Shown piece after piece: positions 17,902 to 27,720 of a stretch of DNA of 64,000 nt (positions within the stretch are counted from its first letter, which is position 1; each line of letters starts with the position of its first letter). A model generated the notes under the pieces. That model made no database searches and was not told the DNA's origin. It was given only the letters and a program-made list of their open reading frames with translations. Location of the stretch: positions 4,288,001 through 4,352,000 of the forward strand of contig CBDCDC010000002.1 of NCBI GenBank assembly GCA_965215195.1, given 5' to 3'. Source of the stretch: Candidatus Latescibacterota bacterium (lineage in GTDB: Bacteria > Latescibacterota > UBA2968 > UBA8231). The translations under genes were made by a program, and so were the position numbers.

Positions 17902-19713
17902 TTACTGACAGCTTCCCAGAAGGTCCATTACGTAAATGTCAAGATTGTCGTCATTGCCGTCGCGCCGAGACAAAAAGGCTATTTTTCGTCCGTCGGGCGA
18001 CCAAGCGGGAGAATGGTCGTAATCGCTGTTGTTGGTCAGCCGGCGCTGATTAGATCCATCCGCGTCCATTACGTAAATGTACCTATCGTCCGAATCGTCG
18101 CTGTCGCGATTAGACACAAAGGCGATCTGTGTTCCATCGGGCGACCAAGCGGGAAAACCCTCGTAATTCCAAGTGTAGGCCAGCCAGCGCTGGTTAGATC
18201 CGTCCGCGTCCATCACGTAAATGTCCGAATCGCCGTCGCGATTAGACTGAAAGGCGATCTGTGTTCCGTCGGGCGACCAAGTGGGCTGCCCGTCGTATCC
18301 ATCGTTGTTGGTCAGCCGGCGCAGGTATTCGTCTTCGCCATCCGCATCCATTACGTAAATGTCCCAATCGCCGCTGCGATTAGACACAAAGGCGATCTGT
18401 GTTCCGTCGGGCGACCAAGTGGGCTGCCCGTCGTATCCATCGTCGTTGGTTAGCCGGTGGAAAATATCCTCCTCTATATCCAGCAAAAGAATGTCCCGAT
18501 TGCCGTCGTGCTCAGAGTCGAAAGCGATATACCGTCTGTTGGGTGACCAAACGGGATTTGCTTGGTCGGCACTGCCGTGGATCGACCGGGACACGGAAGA
18601 TCTATCCGCTGCCGCCACATAATAAATATCCCGATTGCCGTCAATCTCAGAGCTGAAATAGATATACTGTCCGTTGGGGGACCAAACGTTTGTGCCGAGT
18701 CCAACTTCAATATCGTTGGTCAGCCGGCGTATCGGCCCAGCCACCCAGTTCACTCTCGTTGCCGCTTGCCCGATCCCCGCCGACAGGGACGCATCCGACG
18801 GATTCGTGACATACGTCATAATCGCCAATAAGTCGTCCAAGTTGACCGTCCCATCGTCGGTGACGTCGCCCAAGCCCATATTGCCGTTATTCGGAGCCGT
18901 AATAGACGGATCGATGTTGAATACCACCACCAGTAGCGCGTCGGCCAAGTCAACCTGCCCGTCGTTGTTCACATCACCCAACATACCGCAGGTCAACGCC
19001 TTGCCCCGCGGCAGTTCCTCCACCGATTCAACCACGAACTCCACCGGAGCCATCCCCGCCCGGACGCCAAAGGCCGCATCCACATAGGGCACCACGCCCG
19101 CGCCCGAAACGACGATACCATAGGTCCGCTCCGCCGGTTCAGAGGTCGCACCGACCGCCGGTTCGAGCGCCTCGCTGACCGATACCGGACGCTGCCCGGC
19201 CTGCCCGTCAATGAGCACCATCCGCCGCGTCAACTCCACCCCGTCGCCGAGCAGCCGGTAGATATACACCCCGGCCGCCACGGCCTGCCCGGCCGCATTC
19301 GTCGCGTCCCACAGCGCCGTGTGAAACCCGGCTGGTCGCTCCTCATCCACCAGCGTCGCAAGGTGCTGTCCCAACACGTTGAATACTTCCAGCCGCACGT
19401 GCGCGGCCGTGGGGAGCTGATACGGAATAATCGTCGAAGGGTTGAACGGATTGGGATAGTTCTGCCCCAGCGCAAACCCCTGCGGCCGTGCAGGGCGACC
19501 CAACGACGCCAGCGGCAGCGCGAAATAGCCGTCCGCGTCGGTCGTCGCCCGCGCCACCAAGCGCAAATCAGCCAAGTCGAATACCATCACTTGCGCTGCC
19601 GCCGCTGCTTCACCGGAAGAAAGGCGCACACGCCCCTCTACCAGCGGCTCGGCCACCAGATGGGCCGCCAACACCAGTCCGACGAACGCGACGATGAATG
19701 TTTTTTGCATCAT
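17902..19713 (-). CDS. Secreted modular protein: internal T9SS-A/FlgD-like domain, dockerin-like domain, PD40/TolB beta-propeller
   Basis: LGQNYPNPFNPST...VFNVLGQ...WDATNAAGQAVAAGVYIYRL; GDVNNDGQVDLADAL and GDVTDDGTVNLDDL; repeated PxWSPDGxxIAFxSxRDG. Confidence 0.88.
   Translation of the reverse strand: MMQKTFIVAFVGLVLAAHLVAEPLVEGRVRLSSGEAAAAAQVMVFDLADLRLVARATTDADGYFALPLASLGRPARPQGFALGQNYPNPFNPSTIIPYQLPTAAHVRLEVFNVLGQHLATLVDEERPAGFHTALWDATNAAGQAVAAGVYIYRLLGDGVELTRRMVLIDGQAGQRPVSVSEALEPAVGATSEPAERTYGIVVSGAGVVPYVDAAFGVRAGMAPVEFVVESVEELPRGKALTCGMLGDVNNDGQVDLADALLVVVFNIDPSITAPNNGNMGLGDVTDDGTVNLDDLLAIMTYVTNPSDASLSAGIGQAATRVNWVAGPIRRLTNDIEVGLGTNVWSPNGQYIYFSSEIDGNRDIYYVAAADRSSVSRSIHGSADQANPVWSPNRRYIAFDSEHDGNRDILLLDIEEDIFHRLTNDDGYDGQPTWSPDGTQIAFVSNRSGDWDIYVMDADGEDEYLRRLTNNDGYDGQPTWSPDGTQIAFQSNRDGDSDIYVMDADGSNQRWLAYTWNYEGFPAWSPDGTQIAFVSNRDSDDSDDRYIYVMDADGSNQRRLTNNSDYDHSPAWSPDGRKIAFLSRRDGNDDNLDIYVMDLLGSCQ
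18250..18443. repeat. Identical 56-bp direct repeat between two PD40 blades (period 138 bp)
   Basis: 18250-18305 equals 18388-18443. Confidence 0.85.
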
Positions 19714-19875
19714 TAAGACTCCTTGAGATGTAGGGAAAAATTGAACCGTTGACCCCGTTACATTAAGGCGATTTTAGACAGCAAGCAAAAAGTAGATTTT
19801 TCATTGACGCCGCTCTATCTCGTCCTATATGTTCACAGTACACCCCCAAACCCCAACGAAAGGAGCGCAACGACG

Positions 19876-20139
19876 ATGGCGACTATACCTCCAACTATTG
19901 AGGAGCGGTTAGCACGGCTCGAAGGCGTGTACGATCATCTCGCTTCCAAAGGAGACCTTGCTGAGTTAAAAGCAATCTTAAAGGATGACATTGCGCGGGT
20001 TGAAAGCTATCTCAAAGCCGATATTGCGCGCGTACAGGCCGATATTGCCGAACTCAAGGGTAGCGTCAAAATTCTGCTGGTAGCGATGACTTCTGGTTTA
20101 GCTCTGCTCAATATCGTTTTGCGATTCTGGCCTTCGTAA
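19876..20139 (+). CDS. Small coiled-coil protein with C-terminal membrane anchor (DUF1640/CCDC90-like)
   Basis: AGGAG then MATIPPTIEERLARLEG...LASKGDLAELK; 11-aa repeats KxDIARVESxL; hydrophobic C-terminus. Confidence 0.75.
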   Translation: MATIPPTIEERLARLEGVYDHLASKGDLAELKAILKDDIARVESYLKADIARVQADIAELKGSVKILLVAMTSGLALLNIVLRFWPS

Positions 20140-20369
20140 GCCATGCCTAAACTGAAAGGGCAATTCCACTACGCGGCGGTCTCCCCGACAAAACGCTACT
20201 CCGACGACAGCTAAATCCGCACTGCCGCCTCATTCATTAAAAGACTCGCTCCAAATTCACAAGGTGATCCGCAGGTGGACGCAGATAGACGCAGGATAGG
20301 ATGCATAAGACGATCCACCGCTCGAATCGTTCAAATCATTCTGGATTGCTATAGTGTCTTTGGATGATT

Positions 20370-21340
20370 CTAAAACTGCGCCCCCCAATAGGCCGCACCG
20401 AGCAGCGCGGTCTTGTCGTTGAGCACGACGTGGACGGGCATGGCCGCGAGGGGTGCGCCCATGCGGCCCTTGTCCATAAAGCCCTCCATAAAGCGGCCGT
20501 CGCGCAGCTTGGCGAGGACCTTGGGCGCGATGCCGCCGCCGACGAAAACCCCCCCCGAAGACATTAGCTTGAGCGCCAAGTTCCCGGCTTCGCGGCCGTA
20601 GAGGAGCGCAAAGAGGTCGAGGGCCGCTACGGCCAGCGCAGAGTGGCCTTCGAGGCCGGTGCGAGCAATGGCGTCGGCGCGGTCGGGCTGTGTGGCCTCT
20701 GGAGCCAAAGAGGCATCGGCGCGGTCGGGATGCCGTGCGCAGAGAAAGTCGTAGATCGCGGCCAAGCCCTGGCCCGAGACGACCCGTTCCCAGCTAACGT
20801 GGCCGTAGCGCTTGTTGAGAAAACGCCAAAGTTCGATTTCGAGCGACGAACTTGGCCCGAAGGTCGCGTGGCCTCCCTCAGAGGCGATTGCTGCGTAGCG
20901 GCCCTCGGCCCAGCACAAGCCCCCCTCGCCCAACCCGGTGCCAGCGGCAATGACGGCGATGTTGCCCTTGGGGTCGCGTGGCCCTTGGTTGAGCGGACAC
21001 AGGTCGTCCGGCTCCAACGCCAAGGTGCCGTAGGAAGTCGCTTGCAGGTCGTTGAGTAGGTGAACTTCGCTGCCGTTGAGCACCGCGGAAATTTCGCTGG
21101 GGTCGATGAGATAGGGCAGATTGACGGCGCGGACGGGAAGCTGATGGACCGGGCCAGGTACGCCTAAGACCGTGCGGCTGGGGTCGATCTGCGCCTCGTC
21201 GGCGAAGGCCTTGAGCAGCGCACCAGCGCTAGGGTAGGACGCAGTTTGGTAGCGCCGCTCGACGAAGGGGTCAAAGCCTTGGGCGGCTGGGTCGAAAGCG
21301 GCGAGGTACGTTTTGGTGCCGCCGACATCACCGGCGATGA

Positions 21341-21344
<4 letters not shown>
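20370..21344 (-). CDS. glk: Glucokinase
   Basis: GTG start overlapping zwf stop; IAGDVGGTKT, LLNDL, AGTGLGEG, SEGGH, WERVVSGQG, GGGIAPK. Confidence 0.93.
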
Positions 21345-22825
<1,481 letters not shown>

Positions 22826-23168
22826 AGTGTGTGATCTTAAGTACACGACCTAAGGTTTCCGCCGGGTGCGCGGGCAGCCTGCCCGCCGACAGAGGTTCTT
22901 GTTTATCATTTTTATCAATTTTTATGACTATATAATTGATAACGCATTCGCATTCAAGGGCGTCTTACCATCGAGCACGAACGGACCCACAGGAGGGTGT
23001 ACTTAGGTATAGATAATAAAAAAGGCCACAGCGCACGCCATGGCCTCCCACACCGCCTCGTGTGAGTTTTGCAAATATACAAGAGCGGGCGCATATCAAC
23101 AAGTTGAGGCGTTGTGTGCGGCCGCCCTGCTGTTGATATTAGCGCGGCCAACTTTGATGCGAGGAAAT

Positions 23169-24116
23169 ATGGGTCGGTATTTGGTCACAGGTGGGGCCGG
23201 GTTTATTGGTTCCCACCTATGTCAGCGCCTGTGTGCAGAAGGGCACGTAGTGCGGGTCCTAGACGACTTGAGCACCGGGCGGCGCGAAAACTTGGCCGCG
23301 CTCCTAGGCGAGATAGAGTTCGTGGAGGGCGATATCCGCGACGCGGCCTTGCTCGCCGAGGTAGTGCAGCAGGTTGATTGCGTCCTGCACCACGCAGCCT
23401 GGGTGTCGGTGCCAGCTTCGGTCGAGCAGCCCCTCGTCGAGCAGGAAGTCAACGCCGTGGGAACACTGCGGCTTTTGCACGCGGCGCGGCAGGCCGGGGT
23501 GCGCCGCGTGGTTTTTGCCAGTTCGGCCGCGGTGTATGGCAACAACCCGCAAATGCCCAAGCGCGAGGACATGCCGCTCGAACCCGAGTCGCCCTACGCC
23601 GTTTCCAAGGCCATGGGCGAGCACTACGCCCGAGTGTACAGCCGGCTCTACGGTTTGGAGGTGGTTGGCCTGCGCTACTTCAATGTCTTTGGTCCGCGGC
23701 AAGTGCCGTCTTCTCCGTACTCGGGCGTCATCTCGATTTTTGTCGCGCGGATGCGGGCGGGCAAGTCACCGACCGTTTGCGGCGACGGCCACCAGTCGCG
23801 CGATTTTGTCTATGTCGGCGATGTGGTAGAGGCCAATATGAGGGCCAGTACTACTCCGGGAGTTGCCGGGCGGATATACAATATCGGCTGCGGCCGCAGC
23901 GCGTCGCTGCTGGAATTGATCGCCGCGCTCAACCAGATTTTGGGGACCGAGTTGGCCCCGGTATTCGCCCCGCCTCGGGCTGGCGACATCCGCTTCTCAT
24001 CAGCCGACATATCGCGCGCCCGGGCCGAGTTGGGCTACGAGCCGAGGGTCGGGTTTGCCGAGGGGTTGGAGCGGACGATAGCGGCGTGGGAAGACGCCCG
24101 CGCCGCGAAGCAATAA
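23169..24116 (+). CDS. NAD-dependent nucleotide-sugar epimerase/dehydratase (extended SDR)
   Basis: LVTGGAGFIGSH, ASSAAVYG, YAVSK, LRYFNVFGPRQ, SRDFVYV. Confidence 0.92.
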   Translation: MGRYLVTGGAGFIGSHLCQRLCAEGHVVRVLDDLSTGRRENLAALLGEIEFVEGDIRDAALLAEVVQQVDCVLHHAAWVSVPASVEQPLVEQEVNAVGTLRLLHAARQAGVRRVVFASSAAVYGNNPQMPKREDMPLEPESPYAVSKAMGEHYARVYSRLYGLEVVGLRYFNVFGPRQVPSSPYSGVISIFVARMRAGKSPTVCGDGHQSRDFVYVGDVVEANMRASTTPGVAGRIYNIGCGRSASLLELIAALNQILGTELAPVFAPPRAGDIRFSSADISRARAELGYEPRVGFAEGLERTIAAWEDARAAKQ

Positions 24117-24131
24117 AAAGTACCGCTTATT

Positions 24132-25307
24132 GTGGCAACCATAGTCGATGGCAAAAAGCGCATCCCCTTTATGCGCGGGATGCTGGTACACTACCTAATT
24201 GAGCGCGGCTTCGGCTACGAAGACGCCCGCGCCGTGGCCAATGAGGTGCGTGCGTCTTTGGGCAAAGTGGAGCTCGTGCGCAAAAAGGACATGGTGCAGC
24301 TCGTAAACAGGGCCATTCGCAAGGGGTTCGGCAAATACGAGGCCGGCGACCTCATTTTCTGGGAACGCCAGCCCACCACCATCATCGTCGAGCGCAAAAG
24401 CGGGTCGCGGCCTTTCTCCAAGGAGTTGCTGTCGGATTCCATTCAGGCGTCCGGGCTGCCGCCAGACCAAAGCTACGAGATTGCGCGGGCGATTGAAGCT
24501 CGCTTGATAGACCAGCGCCGCCAGCACATCGCGCACTGGGAACTGGAGGAGCTGGCGGCCGAGCTGATCGAAAAGTCCTTTGACAAGTCCTTTGCCGAGC
24601 GCTACTGCCTGTGGCGAGCTTGGGGCGATGTAGATAAACCCCTGATCATCCTCATCGGCGGTGCCAGCGGAGTTGGCAAGACCACGTTGGCGATTGCGCT
24701 GGCCAATTTGCTCGATATTCCTCGGGTGGTAGCTACTGACGATTTGCGCCAAGTCATGCGCCTGACGCTTGCACAGGAGCTGATGCCGGCCCTGCACGCC
24801 TCCTCGTACACTGCCTATAAGGTCGTTCCTGCGACCGGGCACCTCGACGCGGTCGTCGCCGGGTTTCGCGAGCAGGCACGCAGCGTCTGCGTTGGGGTCA
24901 AGGCCATCATCAGCCGCTGCATCGAGGAAAACACCAGCGTCATCATCGACGGCGTGCATCTAATCAGCGACATGCTGGACTTAGAGGGATATGCTGGCGA
25001 TGCCTTTATTACGCCGGTCTGTCTGGAGCTTCCTGGCCGCGATGCCTTTGAGAATCGCTTTGCCCAGCGCGCCAGCGAGGCTCCGTCGCGCTCGGCCCAT
25101 CGCTATATGGAGCACTTGGAGGACATTCTCAAAATTCAGAACTATCTCATCGAAACGAGTGCGGCCCACGGCATTCCGGTGATTACCACAACCTCGGTTG
25201 AGAGCCTGACGAGCGAGGTCTCCATGGTGGTCAGTGAGCAGCTACAAGAGCAGGAGGAAATCCGCAAGGCCCTGAGTGCCTTCCGCAAAAAGCGCGCGGC
25301 CAACTGA
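24132..25307 (+). CDS. 2-phosphoglycerate kinase family protein with two ATP-cone-like domains
   Basis: PFMRGML and PFSKELL cone starts; P-loop GGASGVGKTT; TDDLRQVMR; LHASSY; IIDGVHL. Confidence 0.8.
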   Translation: MATIVDGKKRIPFMRGMLVHYLIERGFGYEDARAVANEVRASLGKVELVRKKDMVQLVNRAIRKGFGKYEAGDLIFWERQPTTIIVERKSGSRPFSKELLSDSIQASGLPPDQSYEIARAIEARLIDQRRQHIAHWELEELAAELIEKSFDKSFAERYCLWRAWGDVDKPLIILIGGASGVGKTTLAIALANLLDIPRVVATDDLRQVMRLTLAQELMPALHASSYTAYKVVPATGHLDAVVAGFREQARSVCVGVKAIISRCIEENTSVIIDGVHLISDMLDLEGYAGDAFITPVCLELPGRDAFENRFAQRASEAPSRSAHRYMEHLEDILKIQNYLIETSAAHGIPVITTTSVESLTSEVSMVVSEQLQEQEEIRKALSAFRKKRAAN

Positions 25308-25410
25308 CGGGGCGCATCGCTTGTTGATTCGCCCGACGCTGGATTGTATTGTATATTGCAAAAATCGCGGCTAAGGGGCCGTGAAAACGCGCAACCAAGT
25401 TGGGATATAA

Positions 25411-25851
25411 ATGCTGGGCAACAAAAAAAACAGAAGTGCTTCCACGTCTAGCAGCGGCCAGGCACTCAATACGATTATCGGCCGCGGTAGCTGCTTTGAA
25501 GGCAAGCTGACGGTCGATAACAGCGTCAGAATAGACGGCGTATTCAAGGGCGAACTGGCCTGCACTGGGGAGCTGACGATCAGCCAGTCGGGCGAGGCCG
25601 AGGCCGATTTGCAGTGCAAAGACGCGTACATCGACGGCGTCGTGAGTGGCACTGTGCGCGCCGATAAGGTGCGGTTGGATACGCAGTCGCGCTTTACCGG
25701 CGAAGTGTACACCGACTCGTTCACGGTCTCCGAGGGCGCGATCTTCCACGGCTCTTGTTCGATGGAAAACCACGAGAAAAAGAGCGAGTCGCCCCCAAGC
25801 GGCGAAGAGGCAAAGCCCCCCTCGCCCAAACCCCAAGCCAAAAAGCAATAG
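25411..25851 (+). CDS. Bactofilin (polymer-forming cytoskeletal protein)
   Basis: NTIIGRGSCFEGKL, VRIDGVFKGEL, IDGVVSGTV, VSEGAIFHGSCSM. Confidence 0.92.
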   Translation: MLGNKKNRSASTSSSGQALNTIIGRGSCFEGKLTVDNSVRIDGVFKGELACTGELTISQSGEAEADLQCKDAYIDGVVSGTVRADKVRLDTQSRFTGEVYTDSFTVSEGAIFHGSCSMENHEKKSESPPSGEEAKPPSPKPQAKKQ

Positions 25852-25874
25852 CGCTTTCCCATCTCGTTTTGCGC

Positions 25875-25907
25875 GAAAAATCCATCTGCCCCGCGGATGG
25901 ATTTTTC
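25875..25907. terminator. Intrinsic terminator after bactofilin
   Basis: aaaaatccatc...gatggattttt. Confidence 0.65.
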
Positions 25908-25916
25908 TTATTGCCG

Positions 25917-27674
25917 ATGAGCCAACGCGACCATACCGCGTCCAAGCGCCGCCGTCACCGCCGCTCGGCTCCAATTTCGAGTGCGCGGCAGCGGCCGGCA
26001 AAGGGCGCGGTGCCTATCGGCGGCTGGCGGCGCTGGCCGCGCGGTGCCCTAGCCAACTTGGGCGCGTCGCCGGTTTTCCGCGCGTACATCTTTCTCGGCA
26101 GCATTGCCGCTATTTTGGCCTTCCTGCTCTACAACGAGTCGATCATCGCCGAATTGCGCGAACACGAAAAGAACCGGGTCGATCTCTATGCACACCTGAT
26201 CTCGTTCGCGCCGCAGGCATCGGAAGGCCAGATTCCCACCCTTTTCACCGAGGTGATTACCAAGGTCGATTTCCCGCGCATCATCACCAACCACCGCGGC
26301 GAGATCATCCAGGCCGAGGACATCGATACTGCGAGCTTCTTGGACACTTGGGCCTTTTGGCGCAGCGAAGCGACGGACGCGCACGCCGTATCGACCGCTC
26401 AGCTACACAGGCTGATCGAGGAAATGGACGTTCAGAATCCGCCTATTTCCTTTTATTGGTCGCCAGAGACCTTGGGGCGGCTCTACTGCGAGGACGGCCG
26501 CGTCGTCATCGCGGATACCCAAGGGGCCATCGCGGCTTGGCAGGGGACGGGCCTGCCAGCGAGCAGCGACACTTCGGCGGCTGCGCTCGCCGAGGTGCAA
26601 CGGGCGTTGCAGGAGATGGAGGCCGGAAAACCGCTGTCCTTCAGCGCACCGGCCGCTAGCTTTAGCTATCTGCACTGGGACGGGACCAACGCGATCATCG
26701 CGGATGCCGAGGGCCAGTTTAGGGCTTGGGTGGGGGCTGGGTTGCCGCCGGCTAGCGACGATTCCAGCAAAGCGGTTCAAGATCAGGTCCGAGCCTTTGT
26801 CGATAGCTTGGCCCGCCAACGCCCGCCCCTAGAGTTCAGGATCCCGGCCGAGCACTATATCCACTACGGCGACACGAGCTTGGTCGGCCGCATTTCCCTC
26901 GCCCCTTTCGTGCAGATCGGCGTATTGTTTCTCTTTCTGCTCGTCGGCTATATCGGCTACCGCAACATTAAGCGCAGCCAGCAGCGCTCGCTTTGGGTGG
27001 GCATGGCCAAGGAGACGGCCCACCAGCTTGGGACCCCGCTCTCCTCCCTGTCCGGGTGGCTGGAACTGCTGCGCGGCGAGGTCGCCACCGCCCCGAAGCC
27101 GGACCGAGACGAGCGCTGGGAGCGCGTCGATCAGATGATCGGGGAGATCCAGCAGGACATGCGCCGCCTCGACCAAATTGCCTCGCGCTTCAGTCAGATC
27201 GGCTCGGTGCCCGAACTAGAGGAAAAGGACGTAGCTGCCGTGCTGGAGGAGACGATTGAGTACTTCCGGCGTCGCGTTTCGCAGTTCGGGCGGCAGGAAA
27301 TCGAACTGGAGTGCCTAGGCGAGTTGCCTCCGGTGCCGGTCAACGCCGAATTGATGAGCTGGGCGTTTGAGAATCTGTGCAAGAACGCCATCGACGCCAT
27401 GGATGGCCAGACGGGCCGCTTGTGCATCCGCATGGAGCTTTTGCCCGAAGGCCGCGCCGTGCAGGTCGCGTTTCAGGACGACGGGCGCGGCATTGAACCC
27501 GAGCACGTCAAGCGCATCTTCGAGCCGGGGTTCAGCACCAAGAAGCGCGGCTGGGGGCTGGGGTTGGTGTTTGTCAAGCGCATCGTCGAAGAATACCACA
27601 AGGGCAAGATCAGCTTGGTGCATAGTGCGCCGGGCGAGGGCACGACCTTTGAGGTGGTTTTGCCTCTAGGATGA
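25917..27674 (+). CDS. Membrane sensor histidine kinase
   Basis: Two TM segments; H-box WVGMAKETAHQLGTPLSSL; ENLCKNAIDAM; DDGRG; FEPGFSTKKRGWGLGL. Confidence 0.93.
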   Translation: MSQRDHTASKRRRHRRSAPISSARQRPAKGAVPIGGWRRWPRGALANLGASPVFRAYIFLGSIAAILAFLLYNESIIAELREHEKNRVDLYAHLISFAPQASEGQIPTLFTEVITKVDFPRIITNHRGEIIQAEDIDTASFLDTWAFWRSEATDAHAVSTAQLHRLIEEMDVQNPPISFYWSPETLGRLYCEDGRVVIADTQGAIAAWQGTGLPASSDTSAAALAEVQRALQEMEAGKPLSFSAPAASFSYLHWDGTNAIIADAEGQFRAWVGAGLPPASDDSSKAVQDQVRAFVDSLARQRPPLEFRIPAEHYIHYGDTSLVGRISLAPFVQIGVLFLFLLVGYIGYRNIKRSQQRSLWVGMAKETAHQLGTPLSSLSGWLELLRGEVATAPKPDRDERWERVDQMIGEIQQDMRRLDQIASRFSQIGSVPELEEKDVAAVLEETIEYFRRRVSQFGRQEIELECLGELPPVPVNAELMSWAFENLCKNAIDAMDGQTGRLCIRMELLPEGRAVQVAFQDDGRGIEPEHVKRIFEPGFSTKKRGWGLGLVFVKRIVEEYHKGKISLVHSAPGEGTTFEVVLPLG

Positions 27675-27720
27675 GGTAGAAGTTGAGGAACGGGCGCGAG
27701 CTTAGATCGTCATCTTAAGA

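Noticed and set aside
17930-18720. Regularly spaced repeats resembling a CRISPR array or DGR template/variable pair
   Set aside because: They are in-frame PD40 blades; no unique spacers, cas genes, reverse transcriptase or adenine-specific mismatch pattern.
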